22,189 nucleotides of DNA. Origin: Promethearchaeota archaeon (GTDB lineage: Archaea > Asgardarchaeota > Lokiarchaeia > Sigyniarchaeales > SOKP01). Below are positions 8,901 to 17,997 of this stretch, piece by piece. The stretch is taken from NCBI GenBank assembly GCA_048938445.1, contig JBHLME010000073.1:1-22189 (forward strand). Direction: 5' to 3'. Numbering within the stretch: the stretch's first letter is position 1; each line of letters starts with the position of its first letter. A model generated the notes under the pieces. The model made no database searches and was not told the origin of the DNA. It saw only the letters and a list, made by a program, of their open reading frames with translations. The position numbers and the translations under genes were made by a program.

Positions 8901-8949
8901 TTCATAAAAACTAAAAAAAAAAGAAAAAATAAAATAATTTGAATTCTCT

Positions 8950-9858
8950 CTAATCAGAATGAGCTGAGATTATTAAATCAGCAAATAATTTCATATCTTT
9001 TAAAAGAATGTTTATTTTATCTTGTGATTCCATCTCAATTTCTCCAGATTTCATGATGATAACAGAAATGATATATTTGAAGATATGTAGTTCTACTTCT
9101 TTACCATCATCATTTTGCCCTTTAAAAACCGCAGAATCCGACATGAATATATTTTCTCTTATGGTATTGCACGCATTAATATAATCTCTTAAATCGCCTC
9201 TTAGAGTCAAACCTGAACTTACACCTTGAACATTATGACTAATTACGTTTCCCGAGATATCAGTAATGATAATTTTTGCTTTGATCTCTTGAAGTTGTTT
9301 CTCAGCTTTTTCTACATGTGTTTTTAGTTCTTTGTAAGAAGAAATTAATATATCTCTAAATACCTTTGAGAGTTTATCTTGTTCATAAATACTAGTTAGC
9401 ATGTATGAAAAAGTATATTCTTTAAACATGTCTAAAAAGATTTCTTTTGCCCTTTTAACATTAGTATCTAATAACTCTTTTTGATAATTTTGGGTATCAT
9501 ATTTATGTAAAAATAATGTCACTCTAGGTTTTTCGTTATTTTGACGGTAAATTTCCAATAAATCCTTGAAATAATCTTTTGCTTCTTCAAATCTATCAGG
9601 ATCATGTAAATCTACGATAGGTATGAGTATGTCTGTACCTTTGAAAATTTCAGGTTTTTCTTTGTATTCCTTTCTATACTGTTCTTGACCTCCAAAATCA
9701 AATATACCTACTTGTAATCCCAAAAAAGGATGTCTTCTCGTTTCATAGAGTATCGTCGGGGATAATTTCTTCGTATCTTCTGGAGATTTTTCAGCAAATG
9801 CTACAGAATACAAGCTTGTCTTTCCACATCCTCCTAATCCTACTAAACTAATTTTCAT
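8950..9858 (-). CDS. Rag/Gtr1-like small GTPase with C-terminal roadblock/longin-like domain
   Basis: GLGGCGKTS (G1), LSPT (G2), FDFGGQ (G3), LHKYD (Rag-type His-containing G4), TSIY (G5). About 120 aa of C-terminal alpha/beta domain (KIIITDISGNVISH). Confidence 0.8.
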   Translation of the reverse strand: MKISLVGLGGCGKTSLYSVAFAEKSPEDTKKLSPTILYETRRHPFLGLQVGIFDFGGQEQYRKEYKEKPEIFKGTDILIPIVDLHDPDRFEEAKDYFKDLLEIYRQNNEKPRVTLFLHKYDTQNYQKELLDTNVKRAKEIFLDMFKEYTFSYMLTSIYEQDKLSKVFRDILISSYKELKTHVEKAEKQLQEIKAKIIITDISGNVISHNVQGVSSGLTLRGDLRDYINACNTIRENIFMSDSAVFKGQNDDGKEVELHIFKYIISVIIMKSGEIEMESQDKINILLKDMKLFADLIISAHSD

Positions 9859-9940
9859 CTTAATCTTCTCGTCTTTTTGATTGTTTTATAATTCTCTTTT
9901 ATATATATAATTATTTAAAAAATATTTTTCAATTTAAGGT

Positions 9941-11407
9941 TCATTTCTTTTCTGATGGCGCATATTTTACTGATCGGGAAAAAATTTTTCCATATTCTTC
10001 TGTTGATGCCTCAATTAAGACTGTTCCTTCCATACTTTCCACGGGATAATCTATTTCAACGCTTTCATAAGGAAATAATTCTTTTATTGAAGTAATCCAG
10101 GGATTCCTTTCAAAAACATCTTCGACTAATGTGGCTCTTGCTGTCAAGTTTTCCAACACGAAACCAACTGTGTTTGTAAGTGTTAAGTTTAAGATTTTCT
10201 TTTCCTCATCCAAATCTTTAGTTAAACTCAATGCTTTACGCGTTCCCATGAGTTCTTTAGCTTTTTCTGATATTGGACCAGATTCGATAGCTCGTTTTAC
10301 TTCGTCTGCTCCATTCTTTACTATGAATACTTTTCTTTTTTGAATATTATACTGCGCAACTTTCTTGAGTTTGGCCAAAAATAATACAGCGTTCAAATTT
10401 ATAGCATTGAAAGGTTCAATTTTTAAATAACCTTTTTTGGCAGCATCTTCAATGATTTCTGCTCCTAAACCTGATCTCGCAAAAACAGTATTCTTATTTG
10501 GGCCGCTTCCTACAGAACCAACTGATATATCTGCATTTTCTGCAGTCAAATCAACACAAAAATTACAGCTTGAGGATTTATATTTATGTAGTGAGGCAAT
10601 TGTATAAGATTTGACTGGTTCTCCGTTCAATTCTTCATACAAATGGAATTTTCCTTTATTTATATCCATCTTGATGATTTTATTCAAATCTAATCCATCC
10701 TTTCGAAATTTCGCATATAAAGTTTCAGGAGAAAAGCTATCCATGCAGAACAATCCAATTTTTAAAATATGAGCTCTCATGAAATATTTAAGCATTCCAT
10801 GAGGGCTGTTCATCATCTTGTCAACAGCATCGATATTACATGGCGTGCCTACAAAAGCTATTGATCTATAATCTGCGCGTATGGCGTCCATTAAAGCCTC
10901 AACTGTTTGACTATGAGTATAAATAGAACCAGCACTTTTTATCGCATCTTCTTTTGATGTTACTATCTGTGCTATTGGATACCATGGCTTATCAGGGTTT
11001 TTCATGGTTACTATCGCAGCATCAATCAGATGCTCATCAAATAAATAACATAAAAGACTTACTACTGTCCCTCCATCCTGACCTCCAATTACTTCAGGAA
11101 TTTGAGTATTTGCTACATATCCAGTTTTAAACTCTCCCATCAGTTCAATTGGGTCTGTGATAGTTCTAGGGCACTGATTATAGCAGATTCCGCATCCGGT
11201 GCACTTTCCAATCAATTTGGGTTGAGAAGTTAAATAATCCCATTCTAAGACCGGGCAAACAGCCGCACACGTCCCACACTCAGTGCAAATTCCTGTTCGA
11301 ATGATCTCTTTCATGAGCATTCCATAGGAGTCCTTCTTACCTTCGAGCTTTCTGGAAATATAATCGAAACTATAGTCATACTCAGCTTTAGATTCTTCTT
11401 CTGTCAT
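9941..11407 (-). CDS. Second FrhB-family protein with N-terminal 2x[4Fe-4S] and C-terminal Ig-like domain
   Basis: CTECGTCAAVCP and CTGCGICYNQCP, QDGG, SAGSIY, VGTPC, IGLFCMDSF, CNFCVD and ADISVGSVG. Residues ~391-488 form a beta-rich extension. Confidence 0.9.
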   Translation of the reverse strand: MTEEESKAEYDYSFDYISRKLEGKKDSYGMLMKEIIRTGICTECGTCAAVCPVLEWDYLTSQPKLIGKCTGCGICYNQCPRTITDPIELMGEFKTGYVANTQIPEVIGGQDGGTVVSLLCYLFDEHLIDAAIVTMKNPDKPWYPIAQIVTSKEDAIKSAGSIYTHSQTVEALMDAIRADYRSIAFVGTPCNIDAVDKMMNSPHGMLKYFMRAHILKIGLFCMDSFSPETLYAKFRKDGLDLNKIIKMDINKGKFHLYEELNGEPVKSYTIASLHKYKSSSCNFCVDLTAENADISVGSVGSGPNKNTVFARSGLGAEIIEDAAKKGYLKIEPFNAINLNAVLFLAKLKKVAQYNIQKRKVFIVKNGADEVKRAIESGPISEKAKELMGTRKALSLTKDLDEEKKILNLTLTNTVGFVLENLTARATLVEDVFERNPWITSIKELFPYESVEIDYPVESMEGTVLIEASTEEYGKIFSRSVKYAPSEKK

Positions 11408-11580
11408 GATTTATTCGTTAAAAATTGATTTTTTATATGAGTATTATTATGTTATGAAATTGATTGTAAAAAAAAAAGATTATCAAAATATTAGAAAGAA
11501 AATTTTACAGCATGAATTTAATTTGATAATGTTTTTAGTTAAATATTTAGCTCTCTCTATTAAATTAAATTTTAACAATT

Positions 11581-11640
11581 AAAAACACATCTCAAGTGTT
11601 TAAATCTAAGATAAGATTTATAATTTGAAGATTACTAATT
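11581..11640 (+). promoter_or_regulatory. Probable BRE/TATA promoter of MBL paralog 1
   Basis: AAGATTTATA at 11613-11622, 110 nt before the start. The same word sits 112 nt before paralog 2, at 14218-14227. Confidence 0.5.
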
Positions 11641-11722
11641 CTCTCAAGGTGAATTCATTTATTAATTAAAAAAAAAGTTCAATTTAATTATCAAGGAATA
11701 AATAAAGGAAAGGAGAAAAAGT

Positions 11723-12682
11723 TTGGAATTAAAAGAGATAAAAAAGGATGTATATGCCTGTTTGCAAAAAGATAAAGGATTTGGATGGAATAATGCCGGT
11801 TTCGTAAATCTTGGTGGGGGATTGGCAATCGATACATTTATCGATTTAAACCTTACAAGACAGATGATACAGCTCTATAAAACAGTAACGGATAAACCTA
11901 TACGTCGACTCGTGAATACTCATCATAATTGTGATCATGTATGGGGAAATCAACTCTTTAAAAATTCTGAGATCATTGCACATCAGCTCTGCGCTAAAGA
12001 AATGGAAAAGGAAAAGAGAATGAATATGCCTGCTGTATTTGAAAATTTTAAACAAATGCCCGATAAATTATCATCTCAAATAAACCAATTTGTTGAAAGT
12101 TTAAATGAGTTTGAATATTCTGATATTGAGATAACATTACCAAATCATTTACTTGAAGAAAGTCTTGAACTTGAGCTTGATGGATATCCTTGTCAGCTGA
12201 TTTATGTCGGTCCAGCACACACAGTCGGTGATTTAATAGTGTATCTACCTGAACATAAAGTTATTTTTGCCGGGGATATTGTTTTTTCGCATTGCACGCC
12301 AGTCGGTTGGGAAGGTACACATGCAAAATGGATTGAAGCATTAGATCTTTTGGTATCTTTAAATCCTGAAATTATAGTCCCGGGACATGGTCCTCTGTGT
12401 GATATTGATATGGTTAAAGAGCTGCGAACCTATTTTGAATATGTATATTCTGAAGCTAGAAGATTTTTCGATGATGGACTTGATCCTCTTGAAGCATCAA
12501 AAAAAATTGATATCAGTTCTTACATCAAATGGACAGGGCCAGAGAAATTATATTTTAGTGTTTATAGGGCTTATCGAGAGTTTAGGAATGATGTTTCATT
12601 GAACACCCCAATTAATGCATTGGCTCTTTTCCGTAAATGTAATGAGTTATGGATATATTGGAAAGAAAATGGTTTGATTTAA
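11723..12682 (+). CDS. Metallo-beta-lactamase-fold hydrolase (paralog 1)
   Basis: NAGF, IDT, THHNCDH, AHTVGD, FAGD and VPGHG. TTG start preceded by AAGGAG. Confidence 0.9.
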   Translation: MELKEIKKDVYACLQKDKGFGWNNAGFVNLGGGLAIDTFIDLNLTRQMIQLYKTVTDKPIRRLVNTHHNCDHVWGNQLFKNSEIIAHQLCAKEMEKEKRMNMPAVFENFKQMPDKLSSQINQFVESLNEFEYSDIEITLPNHLLEESLELELDGYPCQLIYVGPAHTVGDLIVYLPEHKVIFAGDIVFSHCTPVGWEGTHAKWIEALDLLVSLNPEIIVPGHGPLCDIDMVKELRTYFEYVYSEARRFFDDGLDPLEASKKIDISSYIKWTGPEKLYFSVYRAYREFRNDVSLNTPINALALFRKCNELWIYWKENGLI

Positions 12683-12919
12683 TGCAATCTCATAGATATA
12701 AAATATTAAAAAAACAAAATTTCGCAATAAAACAAAATTAATTATTAATATAACAAACGACAAATTAAATTAATGTAATAACACTTCAAAATCATTCCAA
12801 ATTATTTTATATTCATTTTTTGCTATTATAATATTTAAATGAAAGATTAACATTTTTTTAAGGTAAGATTTATAAATTCAATTTTATATTATTTGAATTT
12901 ATATAAATAGTGAATTCCT

Positions 12920-13978
12920 ATGACATTGTCTAATTATGGTTGGCTTAATGGGATAACGGCGTTGGCAATTTTTGCGTTTGGATGTGGTTTCGGGATATAT
13001 CTTGTCTTTAAGTCAATGAAAGTAGAAGCCAAGCTTTTAACATACCTAGGTGCTGCATTTTTTTGTTTAGGATGGGGTTATTCAAACATCGTTTTTGATT
13101 TCTTGAATGTCATTTTTTCAAACAAGAACATGAACCCCACCTCTTACTTAATTGTAAATGCTATAGCCTCTTTTACGCTGATTATTGGACTTGTTTTTTT
13201 TTTCTACATAGGATTGAAATTAATAACACCAGAAAAATGGAAGTATTTATTTATCCCTTTACTTATCTGGGCGGTGTCTGGCGAATTTTTTATAATATTC
13301 TATCATGAAAGTTCGATTTCTTTTGAATATCCTGCTATTATAGGAGAAGATATTATTTACAATGAAATTATTACATCATCTCCATTTTTTATTATTTCTC
13401 TGTTAGGTATATTACTTTCATTTATGGTTAATGTAGTTGGTTTTTTGTATAAAAGTATCAAATCAAAAGGGATTTTACGCAAAAAATATGCGATTTTATC
13501 TATAGGATTCTTTTTTTACCTATTTTTTGGTGCTCTTGAGATATATTCAATTATAGAATTAGCAAAATATTTATTTAGAATCGGCGTGATAACGGGATTG
13601 TTTCTCTTTTATTTGGGTTTAAGAGAAGAGTCCGAAAAAATTAAGAGAGAAAAGACCTTAAAGGATGTAGAGGTTGCGGAATCAATTTTTAGATTAACGA
13701 AAAGGCCTGACCATCTCACTGAAGAGGAAATTATTGTTGCAATTGAAAAGCGAATATGTTTAGTATGTAAGGGAAAACTTGAACGTAAAATCTATATTTG
13801 TCCTGACTGTGGTACATTTTATTGCATTAAATGTTCAGACGCTTTGAACGAATTAGAAAACATATGCTGGGTCTGCGAGACACCGTTCGATGAATCTAAA
13901 CCAGTGAGATTGACTGAGAAAAAGGAATATGATATATTTATTGAAGGTAAAGAACAAGCGGAACCTAAAAAGAAGTGA
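12920..13978 (+). CDS. Seven-transmembrane protein with C-terminal C4C4 (RING-like) zinc finger
   Basis: Seven hydrophobic segments by eye (aa ~8-234), a charged linker, then CLVC-x10-CPDC-x4-CIKC-x10-CWVC. Confidence 0.8.
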   Translation: MTLSNYGWLNGITALAIFAFGCGFGIYLVFKSMKVEAKLLTYLGAAFFCLGWGYSNIVFDFLNVIFSNKNMNPTSYLIVNAIASFTLIIGLVFFFYIGLKLITPEKWKYLFIPLLIWAVSGEFFIIFYHESSISFEYPAIIGEDIIYNEIITSSPFFIISLLGILLSFMVNVVGFLYKSIKSKGILRKKYAILSIGFFFYLFFGALEIYSIIELAKYLFRIGVITGLFLFYLGLREESEKIKREKTLKDVEVAESIFRLTKRPDHLTEEEIIVAIEKRICLVCKGKLERKIYICPDCGTFYCIKCSDALNELENICWVCETPFDESKPVRLTEKKEYDIFIEGKEQAEPKKK

Positions 13979-14185
13979 ATCTTTTTTATTTAAGATCATC
14001 GATTAAAATCAAAAACAAAAGAAAATCAAAAGAAAATAACTTTACATAATTTTTTGAATAAAACTTTGTTTTAATTCTTCAGCAAGAACTCCTAATTTGT
14101 TTGTTGTTTATTTTCTATCCTACACGCGGAGTTCCATTTTAATTTCTTTGTAATTTTTTTACTTTTTAACTAAAAAATAAAGATT

Positions 14186-14250
14186 AAAAACATTTTTCTA
14201 GAAATCAAGAGTAAGGAAAGATTTATATTTTGAATGATATTACTTCCTCT
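14186..14250 (+). promoter_or_regulatory. Probable BRE/TATA promoter of MBL paralog 2
   Basis: AAAGATTTATATTTTGAA, homologous to the region upstream of paralog 1. Confidence 0.5.
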
Positions 14251-14329
14251 GTCGAAATTTCTTAATTAAATTGTAAAAGAAAATCTAATTCAATTTTTAA
14301 TAATCAGATAAAAGATTTAAGAAAAAAAA

Positions 14330-15289
14330 ATGGAATTAAAGGAAATAAAAAAAGATATATATGCCTGTTTGCAAGCAGATAAAGGTTTTGGATGGAATAA
14401 CGCTGGTTTCGTTAATCTAGGTGGTGGATTAGCAATTGATACTTTTCATGATTTAAACCTTACAAGACAGATGATAGAGCTTTATAAAACAATAACAGAT
14501 AAACCCATACGACGTCTCGTGAATACCCATCATAATGGTGATCATACATGGGGTAATCAACTTTTTAAAGGTTCTGAGATTATTGCCCATCGTCTCTGTG
14601 CTGAGGAATTAAAAAAAGATAAGATAAGGGATTTACCTGATGTATTTGATGGTATGAAAAAATATCCTGAGTATTTATCATCTGGATTAAAACATTTTGC
14701 AGAACATTTAAGTGAGTTTGAATATTCTGATATTGAGATAAAACTTCCAAATCATTTAATTGATGATAAGCTTGAACTTGATCTAGAGGGATATCCCTGT
14801 CATCTTATATATGTTGGTCCGGCACATAGTCCAGGTGATCTAATTGTATATTTACCAGAAGATGATGTAATTTTTGCAGGTGATATTGTTTTTACTGATT
14901 GTCACCCTATCTGTTGGGAAGGCACGCATTCTAAATGGATTGAAGCATTAGATTTGATATTATCTTTTAATCCTGAGATTATTGTCCCAGGACATGGCCC
15001 TCTTTGCGATGTTGATAAAGTTAAAGACCTACGAGATTATTTTGAGTATATTTATTCTGAAGCAAAAAAATTTTTTGATGATGATCTAGATCCCCTTGAA
15101 GCGTCGAAAAAAATTGATATTGGTCCTTATTTAAAATACTCGGGCCCAGAAAGATTGTATTTTTTCGTTCACAGGGCATATCGAGAGTTTAAGAATGTTG
15201 AACTATGGAATGCACGCCTTAATTCAACGGAGCTTTTCAATAAATCTTATGAACTATGGCTTTACTGGAATGAAAATGGAATAATTTGA
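14330..15289 (+). CDS. Metallo-beta-lactamase-fold hydrolase (paralog 2)
   Basis: Same length (319 aa) and motifs (THHNGDH, AHSPGD, FAGD, VPGHG) as 11723-12682; 73 of the first 80 aa are identical. Confidence 0.9.
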   Translation: MELKEIKKDIYACLQADKGFGWNNAGFVNLGGGLAIDTFHDLNLTRQMIELYKTITDKPIRRLVNTHHNGDHTWGNQLFKGSEIIAHRLCAEELKKDKIRDLPDVFDGMKKYPEYLSSGLKHFAEHLSEFEYSDIEIKLPNHLIDDKLELDLEGYPCHLIYVGPAHSPGDLIVYLPEDDVIFAGDIVFTDCHPICWEGTHSKWIEALDLILSFNPEIIVPGHGPLCDVDKVKDLRDYFEYIYSEAKKFFDDDLDPLEASKKIDIGPYLKYSGPERLYFFVHRAYREFKNVELWNARLNSTELFNKSYELWLYWNENGII

Positions 15290-15362
15290 CCTAATATTTC
15301 AAATATAAGATATTGATACATTTAAAAAAAAAAGTAAAATTAAAAAAAAGTAAGTTATTTGT

Positions 15363-15791
15363 TTATTTTCTATCCTCCACTCTTAGTTCCATTGCAATGT
15401 GCCCAACTCCTCCACATTTTAATCCTACATCAAAACATCCTGCTTGTTTGAATAACATTTTATTAGGATCAATCCCTGCGAATGTTAATTCCATGGCAGA
15501 ATGAATTAATTTATCGAGTTCAGATAAAGCGTAAATACACATTCTTTTAGGAGCTAATTTTGTAAGTAGGTTACCAGTTCCATCAAAATAAAACTTATCC
15601 CCAACTTTATATTGACAAGTACATCCATGTGATTCAATAACTTCGACGATCATCGTTCTTTTCGCAATATGTACCCATCCTTCTTGTAATGCTTTAATAT
15701 TTCTAGGATTATCAATAAATAGTTGTATTTCCTCATCACTATAATCATAATATTCTTTAATTTGACGTTTTATATCTTCGCTAATTTGTAT
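15363..15791 (-). CDS. Cys-containing conserved-type protein (TIGR04076-like C-terminal part), probably 142 aa from an ATA start
   Basis: VEVIESHGC..YKVGDKFYF...CIYAL...GCFDVGLKCGG. The frame is open 46 codons upstream of the ATG at 15653, back to ATA 15791, which has GGTGA 6 nt upstream. Confidence 0.7.
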   Translation of the reverse strand: MQISEDIKRQIKEYYDYSDEEIQLFIDNPRNIKALQEGWVHIAKRTMIVEVIESHGCTCQYKVGDKFYFDGTGNLLTKLAPKRMCIYALSELDKLIHSAMELTFAGIDPNKMLFKQAGCFDVGLKCGGVGHIAMELRVEDRK

Positions 15792-15855
15792 AAAAATTCA
15801 CCTTGGATTACTATTTTTATTATATTAATAATGACTCATTTTTACTATTAATTAA

Positions 15856-16956
15856 CTATCCATTTCTCTGAGCTAATTCAGCTTTTTTATTCATTATTGC
15901 CGTATAGGTTGCTCTAGTATCTACTGGAGGGATAAGATTTATCTCCTTTTTAACTAAATAGATAGCATCATTTGGGCATGTAGGGATACAAACTCCACAT
16001 CCAATACATCTACTAAGATTTACATTGCTACATTCGTTCTCAATTGTTATTGCATCCATTTGACAACGTTCCTCACATATTCCGCAACCATTGCATTGAG
16101 AATCATCCACTTCAGCATTATAATTTGTCGCGAAATATTGTGATGGATTCTCCAATTTCTTTTGATTTTTCAATATCTCGCAACAACATCCGCAACAATT
16201 GCAGATAAAAGAAGGTTTTTGAGAGTTTGAGGGCTGTGGCACTAATCCTATATCTTCAAATTTCTTTACAAGCTCGAGGGCTTCTTCTTTTGTGACGAAT
16301 CTAGCAACACCTCTATTATGGTAAAACCAAGCTGCAGTTCCAAAGGTCATGCAAGTTTCTCTTACGTCGGTTTTTTTACATGGATTATCTAATAAATCAT
16401 GAGCGTTGCGACAAATACAATCCATTATACCAATCGTATTAGAAGTTTTCATTATGATTTCACGGATTTGGTCATATGTAGCTATGGGGGTATCAAATGA
16501 TACGGATTCTTCAATTGGAATGACTCTTACTTGCGGAATTCCTGTTTTGTTAAATTCTTCTACAAATGCTTCTTCGAAATATTGATCGATATTTTTGACC
16601 AAATCGGGTGTTAATCTTCCCAATTGATATTCATACATGCCTACGGCTAATGGAGCATTTGCATAAATGTTTTCTTCATTATCTTTACCGACGTTAATCG
16701 TGCCCTTTTCATGCATTTTTAATAGTTTTTCTTCCAATTCTTCAATAGATATATTGTCATTCTTTAACTTTCGATATATTTGTGTTAATTTTTTAGGCAT
16801 GAAATCTAATTTGGTAGCAATATATGCTTCTTCTGGAGTGAATAGATTTTTTAACAATCTTATTTCCACGCCCGATTCCGTTTCAGGATATCCAATAGGC
16901 ATCTGGTCCAAATGGACCTGCAATTCTCTAAATATATCTGATTTAATTTCTAACAT
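15856..16956 (-). CDS. Iron-sulfur protein: N-terminal helical/HTH-like region, Cys-rich core and C-terminal 2x[4Fe-4S] ferredoxin
   Basis: CICR, CNCCGCCC, CNGCGICEERC and CIGCGVCIPTCP. The ATG at 16956 has a GGTGA SD 7 nt upstream and is preferred over TTG 17016. Confidence 0.85.
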   Translation of the reverse strand: MLEIKSDIFRELQVHLDQMPIGYPETESGVEIRLLKNLFTPEEAYIATKLDFMPKKLTQIYRKLKNDNISIEELEEKLLKMHEKGTINVGKDNEENIYANAPLAVGMYEYQLGRLTPDLVKNIDQYFEEAFVEEFNKTGIPQVRVIPIEESVSFDTPIATYDQIREIIMKTSNTIGIMDCICRNAHDLLDNPCKKTDVRETCMTFGTAAWFYHNRGVARFVTKEEALELVKKFEDIGLVPQPSNSQKPSFICNCCGCCCEILKNQKKLENPSQYFATNYNAEVDDSQCNGCGICEERCQMDAITIENECSNVNLSRCIGCGVCIPTCPNDAIYLVKKEINLIPPVDTRATYTAIMNKKAELAQRNG

Positions 16957-17058
16957 TTTTAAATCACCATCCTCATGAAAAATAGATATTCGTGTTTTTA
17001 AAGCTTGATCGATCAAAAAAAACTAACTTTAAGTTGAAATTAATATATATGAATATTG

Positions 17059-17961
17059 ATGTCCAAAGATTTGATGGAAGATCTAAAAGAATTTCTCAAT
17101 GATGCTAATCTTTCAACATATGAAATAAATGCATTCACTACACTCTTAATTTCCTCTAAAACAAATCCTCCCACCGCTAGAGAATTATCCTCTGAATCAA
17201 ATGTGCCAAGTGGACGGATCTATGAAGTTTTGGAAGACTTGAAAACTAAAGGATTAATAGAAATTATCGATTCTCGGCCCAAAAAATATATAGCCACATC
17301 TTTAAATAAAGCATTAGAAAGATTAATTACATTTCAATCTGATCAAAACAAGCGTAAGATCGGGTATTTATATGATAGGGCTAAAATATTAGAATCAGAA
17401 TTGTATGATTCTGATGTATTGTTAAGAAAGGAGCCCTCTAGAATTTTTTGGTCAACTACATATGGTACAAAATCAATTCTTGCGTTATACGTAAAATATA
17501 TTGATGAAGCTAGAGAAGAGATCATCTTTAATCAATTCATAAATAAAAATACATTGAAAGTACTACCATTTGGCAAAATAATATATGATTCTTTAAAAAA
17601 AGCATTAGATCGAGGAGTGAAATTAAAAGATTTATGGAGTTTTGAATATGACGAGCGCCCACTTACTGAAGAAGAAAAGGAAGAAAATTATAAGATCTTT
17701 ACTCAAATTAGAGACTTTCAAGAAGATTACTTTGGTATATCATCTAATGTCTCAGGATGCGACATGAAATTCATATATAATAGAACACTTACGTATTATG
17801 ATATATTTGATAGAAAAAGAATTATATTTAAGCTGAGAAATCCACTTGAACCACATCAAATTTTTGCTTGCATGAATGTAGTAGATCCAAGCCTTGCTGA
17901 AAAAATGAGAGAAAAATTCCTCAGTATGTGGACATTTGAAGCGATTGAAGAAAAAGATTAA
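17059..17961 (+). CDS. TrmB-family transcriptional regulator
   Basis: LSTYE...TARELSSESNVPSGRIYEVLEDLKTKGLI...RPKKY is the TrmB winged HTH, followed by a C-terminal effector domain (AREEI, LDRGVKLK, IFD). Confidence 0.9.
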   Translation: MSKDLMEDLKEFLNDANLSTYEINAFTTLLISSKTNPPTARELSSESNVPSGRIYEVLEDLKTKGLIEIIDSRPKKYIATSLNKALERLITFQSDQNKRKIGYLYDRAKILESELYDSDVLLRKEPSRIFWSTTYGTKSILALYVKYIDEAREEIIFNQFINKNTLKVLPFGKIIYDSLKKALDRGVKLKDLWSFEYDERPLTEEEKEENYKIFTQIRDFQEDYFGISSNVSGCDMKFIYNRTLTYYDIFDRKRIIFKLRNPLEPHQIFACMNVVDPSLAEKMREKFLSMWTFEAIEEKD

Positions 17962-17997
17962 AGAAGATATCTAAATAACGAAAATTTATTTATAAAA

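Noticed and set aside
13979-14329. Long AT-rich intergenic regions (also 11408-11722) examined for tRNA, CRISPR repeats or IS ends
   Set aside because: No cloverleaf, regularly spaced repeats or terminal inverted repeats are visible; only poly-A/T tracts and promoter-like words.
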